A stretch of 64,000 nucleotides of DNA, taken from Octopus sinensis. Taxonomy: Eukaryota. The translations under genes and the position numbers were made by a program. Where the stretch lies: positions 100,564,001-100,628,000 of the forward strand of contig NC_043003.1 of NCBI RefSeq assembly GCF_006345805.1, written 5' to 3'. Within the stretch, counting starts at the first letter, position 1. Each line of letters opens with the position of its first letter. Positions 49,275 to 62,855 of this stretch are shown here, one piece after another. The notes below the pieces were generated by a model, which was not told the DNA's origin, did no database searches, and saw only the letters and a program-made list of their open reading frames with translations.

Positions 49275-52210
49275 TATATATATACATATATTGCTTACCT
49301 TACTCGCATCCCCAGTAGAGGCAACAATCTTAACTTGTTTGAATGATGATAGGTTAAAAGCGAGAGCAACTGCTATGACACATCTGGGGCACCCTTTCCA
49401 GGTGCCGAATAACATCTCTCCTTCCCATGTTCCCTCCCACATCCCTTTCCAAGTTTTCAGATTTGACACTGTAAATGTAGGCACACTGAAATGTAGATCT
49501 AACAAGATTGTAGAGATGCTTGAAAGGAAGCATGTTGATGCATGTTGCATCCAAGAGGTTAAGTGGAGAGAAGCTTCAGCCAGGTTCCTCACAGGCAAGA
49601 CACATAGGTATAAAATCTTCTGGTAAGGTAACAGTAATGGAGTAGGTGTTGTGGTCATACTCCTTGCTAAGAAATGGAAGGATAAGGTCATAGAGGTAGT
49701 TAGAGTATGTAATAGAATACTTAATTTCAGGCTAATCTTGTAGAATAATAGTATAGTTACAATTATATCTGCCTACGCCCCACAAGCGAGACTACCAAAG
49801 AAACAGAAGAACCACTTTTATGATATTCTTCTGCAGGCTACCTCCAAGACAAGTGACAATGATCTCATCTTCATGGCTGCGTATTTCAATGGGTATGTCA
49901 CACGGCAGCCCAGTATCTATCATGGTGTTCATGGGGGCCATGGAATCGGTTCCCGAAATGAAGAAGGAAGAAGGCTATTGGAGTTCTGTGATGCAAATAA
50001 CCTTTTGATTTGCAACACCAACTTCAGGAAGCCAGCCAGTTGCCTGAAAACCTATCAGTCAGTTGACTCTGCTAGCTAGATAGATTTCTGTGGCTGGTGC
50101 AAAGTCTCTTCCAGACTTGGGACAACATGGTGGTGGAACAATACCGTAGACAGGGCTATTAGAGCAAAGAAACAGACCTGGAAGAGTGGGGGCAGCAGGG
50201 AACTGTATCAGATAGCCAGAAGGGAAGCTGGGAGACAGGTATATCTAGCCAAGGGAGAAGCAGAAAAGAAGGAGTTTGCCTATGTTCAGTGCCATGAGGA
50301 CCAACAAACTGAAGTATTTCGGAATGCAAGACCATGTGAGAAAAAACTGTGACGTCACAGGAGAGAAATGTGACCACATGGATGAAAGTGCCCTTGCTTT
50401 TAATGATTCAGAAAAGAAAGAGGCTCGGAGGTGCCATTATAAAAGACTGCTGAATGTGGAGAACGAATGGGAGGAGGAGAGTCTGCAAAATGTTGACCCA
50501 ACTGAGGGACCAGCTATCCGAATTGACATTACCATGGTAGATAAAGCAATTAAAGATATGAAGAGAGGGAAAGCCCCTGGCCCATCAGGAATCACCACTG
50601 AGATGCTTAAAATATCCAGCAGTATAGGTTATGATCAAGTCACCTGTATTACAAATCAGGTGGTTCATGAAGGAGTCATACTCAATGACTGGTGTAGCAG
50701 CATCGTAGTCAACTGCTGCAAAGGTAAAGGTGACAACTTAGATAGAAATAATTACAGAGGTATCAAATTGTTGGATCAGGTGATGAAAGTCACGGAAACA
50801 GTCATAGTCCAACTAATTAGGAAGAGAGTTAGTTTAGATGAGATGCAATTTGGTTTTGAGTCAGGGAGAAGCACCACTGATGCTATATTTCTGGTAAGAC
50901 AGCTGCAGGAAAAATTCCTAGCCAAAGATAAACCTCTGTGCTTGGCTTTTGTTGACATGGAGAAAGCCTTTGAGAGGGTCCTCCGATCCTTTATCTGGAA
51001 ACAAGGAATAGATGAGAGCTGTACAAGCCATGTACAGGGATGCTGTCAGTAAGGTGAGGATTGGCAATGAGTATAGTGATGAATTCCAGGTAGAAGTAGG
51101 GGTTCACCAAGAATCACTCCTCAGCCCCCTTTGTTCATCATAGTCCCCCAGGCAATAACAGAGGAATTCAAGACAGGCTGCCCTGGGAGCTGTGAGAATA
51201 AGATTAGGCTGGGCAAAGTTCAGAGAGTTCCATCCCTGCTGGCAACAAAGGGCCTCTCCCTCAGAGTGAAAGGCAGATTGTTTGATGCCCATGTGCAAAC
51301 AGCTATGCTATATGGCAGTGAAACATGGGCTATAACAGCCAAGGACATGTGTAGGTTTGAGAGAAATAAAGCCAGTATACCTCACTGGATGCAATGTCAG
51401 TGTGCATGTTCGACAGAGTGTAAGCATCTTGAGAGAAAAGTTAGGCATAAGAGGAATCAGATGTGGTGTGCAAGAGAGATGACTGTGCTGGTATGGTCAT
51501 GTGACACGTATGGATGAGGACAGCTGTGTAAAGAAGTGCCGATCTCTAACTGTGGAGGGAACCTGTGGTAAAGATAGACCCAGGAAGACAAGGGACGAGG
51601 TTGTGAAGCATGATCTTCTAACTTTGAACTTCACAGAGGTAATGACTAGTGACCGAGACCTTTGGCAATGAGCTCTGCTTAAGAGGACCTGTCAAGTACC
51701 CCCATGCTGAGGGCACGTAAAAAATCAACCTCTGAAGGTTGGGCCTCATGAAAGCAAAGTGGCTGAGTTCCTTTCAAGTACTGAGCCTCATGGAGGCATA
51801 GTAGCTGAGTTCCTTTTGAGGATTGGGCCTGGTGGAGGCAAAGTGGCAGAGTTCGTTTTGAGCATTGGGCCTGACAGAGGCAAAGAGGCTGAGTTCCTTT
51901 CGAGTGTTGGGCCTCATGGAAGCAATGACCAAGGCCTTTGGTATTATGTCATACTTGAGAAGAAGATCCATCAAGCCAAGCAAGATCGCAGTTGTGGCAG
52001 ATACTAGTGTCATGCAAATGGCACCTGTGCACATAAAAGCACCTATTACACTTTCAGAGTGGTTGGCATTAGAAAGGGCATCCAACTGTAGAAAGCCATG
52101 CCAAATCTAACTGGAGCTTGGTACAGCCTTCCAAGCTTGCCAGCCAAGTCAAACCATCCAGCTCATGCCAGCATGGACAACAGACCTTAAATGATGATAA
52201 TGATGATGAT
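49275..52210 (+). mobile_element. degenerate near-full RTE LINE with internal deletion
   Basis: TVNVGTL..CCIQEVKW (APE), APGPSGIT, NYRGIKLL, FVDMEKAFERV, MLYGSETW; 42-bp tandem repeats at 51735-51935; (GAT)n tail. Confidence 0.9.
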
Positions 52211-52915
52211 ATACATAAGTATATCAGTTATATTACAATAATATATATATACACCAATGAAAATGCCATTATATATACCAGTTATACAATTAAATCAATT
52301 ATTGTCCCACTGCTACAAGTTTGTAGTCAGGTATTATTAAAAGGTATCATCACAGCTGACCCCTTACTGTGTGGTACAATGCAGCAGTACCTCAGTTGTG
52401 AACCATATACCTTAAAAACAAAGAATTCACACAGATACATAAAAATATTTGCTTATGTTACTGTCAGTAACCATCATTCTAATGAAGATAATTAGTATAG
52501 AGATAAATCCACTCCCAGAAATAATTGTGATAATAATTAACAGAACAAGAGTTAGTGCTTTTCACCATTATAACCCAAGAAAATGACATAATAATTACTT
52601 AGTATTGTTACTGAAAGCAGATTTTTCAAAAAAATATATATGTGGTTGCAATGAAAATAAATAAAAATACAACACAGTGAAAGGAATCTAAGGAGAGCAT
52701 GCTACATCAATGAGAACAAAAGCATTGGAATAAATCTACTTTTTGGATAAGATTTGGAAGTTCATATTTCATGATGCATCAAGTACCAAAGTTACAGTGA
52801 CAATCACTCATAAAGGGATAAGCTGTCTAATACTGGCAACAATCTGTGTGCTCCCAGTAAATGAAGGAGTGAAAGCTTACACAATGAACGGCCAATGTTT
52901 AACTTGATAAGTCTA

Positions 52916-53150
52916 TCATCTGACCAACCTTTTGGCACTGTGATTCTGAGATGTTGGTGTTGATAAACGGGTCAGTCGTTTATTCGTGGTACTGCATGAA
53001 GACACAACTGCTGAATTAACCAAATTATTGGCATTGACAGCAGCAACTCTTGAGGTTTTTAATGGAGATACAAAGCCTTGTGAATTCTTCAGACCAAATG
53101 CTTTGAATGACTGGCTTGATGGCCGCTTATGTACTTTCGTTTCACTGGAA
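52916..53150 (-). CDS. host gene, last coding exon
   Basis: Acceptor ttatttgttgtgttaccag; T|TCC..SSETKVHKRPSSQ..SAKRLVR-TGA; phase matches the preceding exon; a second in-phase AG lies 6 nt inside. Confidence 0.8.
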
Positions 53151-53678
53151 CTGGTAACACAACAAATAAAATATAAAAGAAAAAAGAAAAAATGGCATCA
53201 GACCTGAGCACTGTTAAGGAATGACACCACCATTTCCCCTAACTGTTAGACAAAATCCAAAATCCATAGCAGTGAAGTAAATGCCAGAACAGTTAAACAA
53301 TAATTCAGTTGTCAGGTGTGAGGGTTAGAAAAATGATGCTAATAATTCCAGATTTCACTAAATTCAACAACAATATTAAAATAAAACAAAAGCATTAACT
53401 GTAAGCAAAATAAAATGGTCTAAAGTTTCAAACTGATAAAAAAGTTTTTATTCATAGATGGGGGAAAAAATATTAATGAAGAAAACAAATATAGTTGTTA
53501 AATTTGAATTAATAACACACCTTATGCATTTACTCTAATTTTTATTGATTAAACATGAACACTTTTGTTAATAGGAACAAGAACAATAAGGAAATAGCCG
53601 TGAAAGATTTAGCATAGTCTTCTAGTTAAGATATGCAGTGAACAAAATTTTTTCCTGAAAAGAATTCAAAATACTTAC

Positions 53679-53785
53679 GAAATAGTAGCAGTTGTAGTTG
53701 CCCGAGTGTGTTTGCGTTGAGCCTTTATTTGGTTCAGTTTATCTCCTTGGGTACTAAGCTTACTTCTACTTTTTGAAGAATATTT
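53679..53785 (-). CDS. host gene, 107-nt internal exon
   Basis: tttctatttctacccag|KYSSKSRSKLSTQGDKLNQIKAQRKHTRATTTATI+TC|gtaagt; phase 0 in, phase 2 out. Confidence 0.85.
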
Positions 53786-55666
53786 CTGGGTAGAAATAGA
53801 AACAAAATATAGTTGGTAATATTAATTTGACATATTCTGGAATAGACTGTGAAGTTGGAAAAGTGAATAAATAGTTCAGGTATTGTGGAGAGGTGAATTT
53901 TAACATTTTCTGTGGGTCTTTCATCAAGAGAGAAATGAAAAAAAGTGATTATAGGCTGACTTCTAAGACTATTTAGTATGAACTAAGATTACTTTATCTT
54001 AAGATAATATCAAGCACCTATCTTTTTTAATAGCAAAAAAAATTTTTTTCAAATTTTAATAAATGAAAATAAATTACTGTTTATTTTTTTGAATCTTTAT
54101 TTCAAGTTAATTCATAATGTACAAGTTAAATACTAATAATTTCAATACATATAATTTCATAATAGAATTATTGCAAAAAAGGAAAAGGAAAACCAAAACT
54201 CCCTTATAAAAACTCACATTGGAGTTTACTTTTCAACTTCCTTCCTTTTTCTTTTGGTTTGACATTTTGATGTAAAAACAATAATAAAAATGTTGCCAGG
54301 ATATAGTTAGCATTTTTTTTATCAACCATTGGAAAATGTAAAGAGAAATTGACCTTAGTTAGATCTGAAATCAAAACCAATGCACTGAAGAATTTTACAA
54401 GATATCAAATTTGCTCTTCTATTTTGAAGGTATCTTTAAAATATTACTCTATTTTTATAGAAATAATGACGAATGTTTTTCTCCATAAAAAGAACAATTA
54501 TAGAATGTAGAACATGGCATAAAAAGTGAAAAAGTTTGATAAAAATACAAATAATAATGAGTGTAAGAAATTGATAGGTTCAAATATGCAAGGAAAGCAG
54601 TAAAGGTGGCAAAAATGAAAAAGCACCAGGCTAAAGTGCTTTTTCTAAAATTTAAACTTTTTACAACATTAACTTGCAAGCTTTTTCTGATGTTAAGTAC
54701 TTGGTATGTACTGATATCAATTCTCATCAGTATCCTTCCTCTAAACACTTGCAGCATTACCTCTATGGATGAAATCACTGTTGTTATGCAACAGTCTTTT
54801 TGCAGTTACTTGACCTTAGAAAAGGAATTTATATAGGATAATGTAGTCTTGGATTAGATGATGTAATAAAAAGAGTGGATAATCACAGAGAGATTATCTT
54901 TTATGATATGTCTGCTGGATCAGGCTTCACATAGGTTTAAAGAACAATAACCAATAGTTTCAAATAAAAGTGTTGAAGCAACACAAATGGGAGAATTATG
55001 AACACAATATCCAGTTTTGTTGTACTACATGTGAGGAGCAGGCATTGTGTATGGTTAAGAAATTTGCTTCAGACCATTTCAAGTTCAGTTCCATTATTTA
55101 GCACTACCAGCAAGTGACTTCTACTGTAGTCCTGGACCAACTTCACGCTTGTGAGAGGATTTGGTAAACAAAAACTGAAAGAACTCATCAGAGTGTGTGT
55201 GTAAGTGTGAGTGTGCATGTGAGAATGGTTTTCAAAAATCATTTCTGCTGGCTTTGCACCTTTGAAAACATATGGAATAAGATGTCCCTCACTTATATAA
55301 CAGGCAAGGATTAGTGACTGGAAGGGCATCCAACTGTAAATCAATGTCTCAATAATATATTCATTCAACCCATGTTAGTATGGAAAAAAAAACAGATGCA
55401 AAAATTGAATGTAAAAATACTTGCATTCCAAGTTCAAATTCTGCAAATGGCTATATTTGCTTTTCATTCCCTCTAGCATTCTAGTGTTGATAAAATAAAT
55501 ACCAGTTTTGCGATGATATTGATTCAAATGGCTACACCCTTTCCTAATAACTTGGAAGCCTTGTGCAGAATGAAGTCAATATTTCTCAAACACAAGCTAT
55601 ACAGTAAGTTCATTCAAATCATACAAATTCCAGCTAGTGTCCAATAAAAAAAGAAATACAACTAAC

Positions 55667-55865
55667 CTGATTTCCATTTTCATCATCTTCATAAACATCA
55701 AGTGATTTGCTGTCGTTTTCAAAACCAGATATACCAACATCATGTAGCTTCATACCATCAACAGCAGACATAATCTTGGAGACACAGTTATTTTCATAAA
55801 CTTTGTCATAGTCTTTCACTTTACTACGATAAAGATCTCCTTGCAACCATAACCAATCTTGTTTT
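55667..55865 (-). CDS. host gene, 199-nt internal exon
   Basis: ttgttctttcttttag|A+KQDWLWLQGDLYRSK..EDDENGNQ|gttagt; phase 0 out matches the next exon; protein not recognised. Confidence 0.82.
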
Positions 55866-55899
55866 CTAAAAGAAAGAACAAAAAAGGCAAAAAGACATA

Positions 55900-57967
55900 T
55901 GCAACAACACATCAGTAGCATGGGAGAATTTAAACCACAGGAACATGAAAGAGTGGAAAGGCTCCTCAATGCACACATAGCAATGTGGTGCAACATACTC
56001 CAACCTACAAAAAGGACGGCGCACAATTTCCAAGCATTCAACAATGATGTTCATACACTATATGGGTTACACAAAGACCACAAACTACATAAACCCTGTC
56101 GTGGGGCACCCCCAACTAGACCATTTTGTGGAGTGAACATCTCCAGCAACTATAGACTGTCCTACTTCCTCTCACAGGTATTGTGACCTCTCATAGAGAT
56201 GTCTCCGGATGTCTGTGTGAGTATGGAAGATCTCCTCAGTAAATTCAGTACTTGCAACGACTCTAAACAACCTCACAGGTTGTGCAGTGGGTAGTATGGA
56301 TGTGATTTCACTCTACCCATCTATAGACATAGATTTTGCTGTGGAGAAATGCATTCAGGTAATTTGTGAGAGTGAAGTGGAATTCCATAAGGTCAACATG
56401 AGGGAACTGGGCCTGCTATGACAATAACTATTTAGATGACCATGACCTAAGTAAATTCTGCCCCACCAGGTCATAGAGAGGTAGACCACCCACCATCACT
56501 TCAGTGGTGAAGAAAAGCACCACAGAGCGCTGGAGTGGCTGGACCGCACCCACCCCAAACCCTGAGAACAACAATCAGGTGAAAGAAATGACTGCACATG
56601 CAATAGGGGCTAGTGTAAAAACCACCTTGAAGAACCACACAGTTAAACAAAAAACTATACATGCAGGTTCAAGGTGCAGCCATTGGTGTAGGTGCAGTTG
56701 GAGATGTGGCTGGCCTCTTCATGACATGGTGGGACAAAAAACTTAAACAAATGTTAGCAGAACAGTCCACAACTCTTCTACTCTACAGTAGATATGTAGA
56801 TGACATTAATATCATAGTTAGGACCAACTCTAGTGACGGAAATGTAGAGACTGAGAAGAACGTAATGGAGAGCATCCAGCAAATAGCTAACTCCATCCAC
56901 CAAAGTATCAAGGTAACTATAGATTACCCCACTAAGCACCCAAACAATAGACTCCCTGTACTTCATACTAAACTTTGGTTAGAGACTGTGAACAATAGAG
57001 TGCAACTCCTCCACTCCTATTACCCATCTATAGACATAGATTTTGCTGTGGAGAAATGCATTCAGGTAATCTGTGAGAGTGAAGTGGAATTCCATAAGGT
57101 CAACACGAGGGAACTGGGCCTCCTCCTCAGACTATGCTATGACAGTAGCTATTTAGATGACCATAACTTCAAAATATGTTGTTCACATGAACTCAGCTTT
57201 GTCACACATGAAAATTAACATACTGATAGCAGACCTAGTTAGAATAATGAACAATGAGTCCCCACTATGTGAAACCTATGAAAAGAAAAAAACATATACA
57301 GAACTTCATGCACCGCATGCAGTTCTCTGGATATGATCAGAAAGATAGGGTTCCAATATACAGGAAGGCTAGAAAGAAATTAGACAACATTATACGTAAT
57401 GATATCAGTGATACCTGCCCTAGATATAGAAACAAAGAATGGAATAGGATACAAAGAACTTGTGACAAAGCAAACAGGGCGAACACATGGTATAAAACTG
57501 ACAAATATCAAGGAGTGATGTTTGTAGAGGCCACATCCCACGGAGAACTAACCCGTAGATTTAGAAAAGCTCTGAAGCACACCAAACACAACATTAAGAT
57601 TGTTGAAAAGCCAGGGAACTCCATCAATTCACAACTATGTAGGACGTACCCCTTCGAGAATACCATATGCACCAATGATAACTGCATGGTATGTAGGATT
57701 AGCCCTGGTATTAACTGTAGAACTAGAAATGTAGTTTACAGCATAAAATGCATAGAAGGTACTTGTAAAGACATGAACATGACATACATAGGGGAGATAT
57801 CTAGGAGCATTGCAGAATGACTAAACGGACATCTGAGACAATATGACAACGAAAAAACAGCCCTCCATACTCTACTAACATGCCAAAGACCACCATGGAG
57901 GCAACTTGGGTCAACTTGATATCTGCATCTTATTCAGGCACCCAAAAGACCCAACACTCAGACAAAT
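55900..57967 (+). mobile_element. PLE family D (Nematis/Neptune-like, tentative), fragmented RT plus GIY-YIG, in a host intron
   Basis: LYGLHKDHK, YSRYVDDI, RLPVL, HYVKPM, VMFVEAT, CTNDNCMVC, VVYSIKC..YIGEISRS; cut off at 57967 by unit B. Confidence 0.85.
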
Positions 57968-58822
57968 ATTAATCAATTTCACCAAGTATTCAGTATGTAA
58001 AAGGACCATTTAAGGCGAATTCAAAATATTCAAAATATTATTTTCTTTAAGTAGTAGAAATGGCTAAAAAGTTTTTTTTGGCTGCTATTTCTAGTAAGTT
58101 TAGTATGTGGCAAAGTAATTTATTTTACTAAGCCCTAATTATATAATGTAATATTTTGAATATTTTGAATTCGCTTTAAATGGTCCTTTTACATACTGAA
58201 TACTTGGTGAAATTGATTAATAACTAATCAATTTTACCCTCAATTGTTGATATTATAATTCATTTCTCTCTGTCATATTGCCTCGGTTCTCACCGTTAAA
58301 ATATAATGTTTGCTAGATAGCCCACGTGGGTGGAAGGGGAGAGCAGGAATCTTCGCTTGCGCATTTTGAATTTGTTAGCACTGGCAGTCTGAACGGGTTC
58401 ATCTGAGGTGATAAGTCGCCGAAGGGTATGTTCTTTCTTTTCAGTGTTTCCAAATCCAAATTAAGAAATGTTGAGCTGACGAAAGAAATGCTGAGTTTAT
58501 TTGGCTAATCTAGAAACGTTAACGTTCTCAAATGATCTTTGTACTTGTGATATTTTTCTGTTTTTACCTCCATACCTTCGTGAGTTATTTTGAGTAAACA
58601 TTATCTGAGAGAAATTTTCTTTAAGTAGTAGAAATGGCTAAAAAGCTTTTTTTTGGCTGCTATTTCTAGTAAGTTCAGTATGTGGCAAAGTAATTTATTT
58701 TACTAAGCCCTAATTATATAATGTAATATTTTGAATATTTTGAATTCGCCTTAAATGGTCCTTTTACATACTGAATACTTGGTGAAATTGATTAATAACT
58801 AATTAATTTTACCCTCAATTGT

Positions 58823-58828
<6 letters not shown>
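57968..58828 (+). mobile_element. non-coding HHR-bearing unit B (retrozyme-like; period 574 bp, 214-bp terminal redundancy, 5' fold-back)
   Basis: 58040-58253 matches 58614-58828; 57968-58040 is the reverse complement of ~58149-58221; one HHR; ends in (TA)n; no ORF of 60 aa or more. Confidence 0.75.
58471..58531 (+). ncRNA. type-I hammerhead ribozyme in unit B
   Basis: ttgag-CTGACGA(58476-82)-aaga...tcta-GAAAC(58513-17)-gttaac-GTT(58524-26)-ctcaa; 5-bp helix I; helix III palindrome ACGTTAACGT; first helix II pair is A.A. Confidence 0.8.
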
Positions 58829-58900
<72 letters not shown>

Positions 58901-59994
58901 AAAATGTTAAAACGATTTTGTTGTTTTTTAATTGTAATTGATATTGATGTATGACTGAATAGTTAACACACAAGCTCATAACACAGACATTTGAATTAAT
59001 TTTTACATTACAGCCAACCTTTCCAGACAGGATTTTGCTTAATTAAAATATAGTTTGTTTTTAAAATAAAAAAATTAATTATACTTAAATCCAATTTTTT
59101 GCCTTATTTATATTTTTCCTTGATATTTTACCTCACAACTTTTTTGATACAAATTTTTGTTGCATGGGGCCAAAACTATGAAATTCTTCATGCTTTCTTC
59201 TATCACTGAAGCTAAGATAAATATATTTTGCTTTTAAAATAAAAAAAAGTTATTTAGATCTAAACTTGATTCGTGGCATTACTTGCTCTCCTATAACGTT
59301 GCTAAAAATTTTGATGTAAACTTTTTTCTACTGGACAAAATCTCAATTTTTTTTATGCCAAAATGTAGCTAGGGACTAGACCCCTTCAAAAATGTTAGCA
59401 GTTTTCAATTTGGTTAAGAACTAAATTAGCGACAAGCTCTGAAAGATGCTGCATATAGTAAATTGCGGCCTTATGAATATTATTCAACTACTACCATAGT
59501 TGAAGGATTACTTCAGTACAAATTTAGATATTTTCATGATAATGAGGATGATATTGTTCCTTATGGTCATAGTGAATGTAATGATGGTGTCTGTGATAAT
59601 GAAGATGATGATAACAGTGATAATTATAATAAAGAGCTGATGATAATGGTAGTGGTGATGTTCTTTAACCCTAAGTGCATCCTCATTGAGCAAATCTATG
59701 ATCAAAGGCATTCCAGTCATGACAAATCTATCTTTTTATAGTATGATGTGATTAGAAGGCAATACAGCCACTATTTCTAGCAAGTCGAACAACCATGCAG
59801 GAACTCCCTTGTTCCCTCAATTAAAATGATGTTGATAATGACAAGTAGCTCTATACCATAACTTAGCTTCTGTGACATGAAACTAGAAACATGGCTTTAG
59901 AGTAGTGGTTCCCCAACCCTTTTATTTAAATGAGTTTTCCCATGGACTCCTCTTAATATATTTATCCTTACGTGTGTGTGTGTGTGTGTGTGTG

Positions 59995-60054
<60 letters not shown>

Positions 60055-60076
60055 TATATATACATATACATATATA

Positions 60077-60440
60077 CACTAGCAGTATCGCCCGGCGTTG
60101 CTCGGGTTTGTTTCGACCCGCTGGAATTGTAATTTTGAAAAGTAAAAATTTTGTGAACATTTTTCTGGTCGAAATACACCGTAAAGTGGCGACACAGCAG
60201 TGAAAAAATCGTAAAAAATAGGGATTTTCATAGAAAAAAGCATCTTTTTGATGTAAATAATTTTTGGTGTTAACATGGTCCGATTTGAATTTTATGTTCT
60301 ACGGAAGGAAGAGCAACCCTTCTTCTATCATACTCTCAATTTTGGTCAACTTGCGCCTCAGGGTCTCGGAGGAGATAGTGTTAGTTGAAGGTTAGCAAAC
60401 GTGGTGCACACAGACAACTTTAGCTTTATATAGAGATAAC
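60077..60440 (+). mobile_element. Helentron-associated non-autonomous element (HINE/DINE-like)
   Basis: Starts ACTAGCAGTATCGCCCGGCGTTGCTCGGG, ends AACTTTAGCTTTATATAGAGAT. Confidence 0.65.
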
Positions 60441-62099
60441 ACACACACATTAATACACATACATAGACACACACACACACGTATGTATGGATGTATATAT
60501 GGGTACTTGTATCGCAGAGTGATCCAGGTTGCGCACACGCGGATTCGCGCTTGCGAGCCAGACGTAGGTACTCGATACTCGATCGCCCTTAATTACTTTT
60601 TTTTACAGAAACGCGAACGTATATAACGCGCAAAATTATTCCATAGAATTTATCAAATTAAATAATGCAAAATTAATATATTTTTTGAAATTGCAAATTA
60701 TTTAGAATATAAAAATCTGGCTGCTATTTCTAGGTGCCTGAGTAACAACCTCGCGGATTTACAGATAAATGAATTAATTACTATTTTACAGAATAAAATT
60801 AAATAATTCTTGAAAATTAATTAATATTAATATTTTTTGAACAAAGTAAATAATTTTTAAAACTTAAATAATAATTTTTTTTACACAAACGTGAACGGAG
60901 AAAAGGGGGTGGCGAATTTGATTTTTTTATTTTCGTTGAATGAATAGAAAAAATGTATAATATATGTTGTACATACCTAAATTTTTTCTTTTTCATGACA
61001 TTGTAGCAAAATAGTAGTGAATTATATAAATACCAGCAGTACATTTTTTTTTCTGGGGTATTTTTTTTCAACCTCGTCACATATTTGCCCCTTTCAATTT
61101 AAACAAAGTCTTAATTAAGCAATTACGGCAGCTTAGCAATGGTTTCAATACAGGCGTGACATCTGTATCTCAATTGTTCAAAACCCTTCGAATTTTTTCG
61201 CACGTGATGATATCATAGTGAAAACTTTCAATTACGCGCGCTTAGAAGTACACTCGCAAATTAATACTACCAAAATTTGAAGTTCGCGCTCCGCTTGTGT
61301 GTGTGTGCGTGCTTTAGGTGTACGTAGGTATGTGTGTGTCACTGAAGCCATACATACATATATACATACATAACCCCTCTCTCTCTTTTCTCTCTCAGTC
61401 ACTCACTACAAAAAGTGAATAAAAAAAGTTCAGTTATTTCTGTCTTTCACTCTCTCTGTCTCTTTACACACACTAACAAAAGCACTTCACTTACACACCA
61501 CACTTTCTGTGTCGCACAACCCATCAAACACACACACACACTCACGCACGCACACATGTACATCAATGCTTTCAGAGTGAAATATTGAGTTTTCTCGAAT
61601 TTTGTCTTAATTGGGGGTGAAATTGAAAGAAATTTGTTATGGCATGACCGAATGGAGTACTTTGAAAAATCTTAGGTAAACTCTAATTAAAGAAATTGTG
61701 TGAGGAGTAAATCGTTATGTATTTATTTGTTTCTGTTTGCTGTGTTTTTTTTATTTTTTGAGTAGTGGTTTAAGGTACACTTGCAAAGAGAAAGTGGGAG
61801 AAATTATGTTGATAGCATGAGTGATCCGTTTTATAGAAATACTTTCAGTTTAGTCTTCCTCAAATCACTCTGTCGCTATTTACTCTCTTCCAAGAACATT
61901 TTCACTCACTCTTATCTCTTAGCTTGCCATACATTTTACTCATGTATCTATCAGCGTGATAGACAGAAACAAATATTACATCGCCATCGCCATCGCATTC
62001 TATTGTCTACCTGTCAACACACACACAGTGAATTACTTTCATTTTATTCATTGCACACTGTGTGTGTGCGTGTGCGTGTGGTGTAAACCACATTAAGAA

Positions 62100-62305
62100 A
62101 AGCATTTGACATACACACCAGAATGTGAGTTTTCTGTAAATTTTGCTTAATTGGAGTTTAAATTTTAAAAACTGGACCTGGCATGACCCGATGCATTCTA
62201 CTCTTAAAAATGCTAGGTAAATTGTAATTGAAGAAATCCTATATTGTAGATTTCTATAACTAACAAAGGGAGGCAGATAAAATCTGCCTTTTATAATAAG
62301 AGATA
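62100..62305 (+). mobile_element. 3' end of a second HINE-like element
   Basis: Hairpin AGGCAGAT-AAA-ATCTGCCT then TTTATAATAAGAGAT; body resembles 61580-61740. Confidence 0.55.
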
Positions 62306-62425
62306 TATATATATACATATATATATATACATATATATATACATATATATATACATATATATATATACACATATATATATACATATATATATATACATAT
62401 ATACATATATATATATATACATATA

Positions 62426-62482
<57 letters not shown>

Positions 62483-62619
62483 ATACATATATATATATAT
62501 ACATATATATATATACATATACATATATATATATATATACATATATATAATACATATATATACATATATATATATACATATATATACATATATATATATA
62601 CATATATATACATATATAT

Positions 62620-62697
<78 letters not shown>

Positions 62698-62750
62698 TAT
62701 AATATACATATATATATATATATACTATATACATATATATATATATATAT

Positions 62751-62791
<41 letters not shown>

Positions 62792-62808
62792 TATATATAT
62801 ATATATAT

Positions 62809-62850
<42 letters not shown>

Positions 62851-62855
62851 TATGA
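62305..62855. repeat. long (TA)n/(TACA)n microsatellite (others at ~37880-38170, 45300-45590, 24470-24725)
   Basis: Direct inspection; source of the YIYI-type spurious ORFs. Confidence 0.95.

Noticed and set aside
57815-57825. In-frame TGA in PLE ORFs (also at 43324) as possible selenocysteine recoding
   Set aside because: Both align with expected Arg CGA positions (CpG decay); other lesions are present in family D; no SECIS recognised
60490-61300. CpG-rich block with TTCGCGC and CACGTG motifs as host promoter
   Set aside because: Lies inside matched hAT TIRs/TSD, and no linking exons were found
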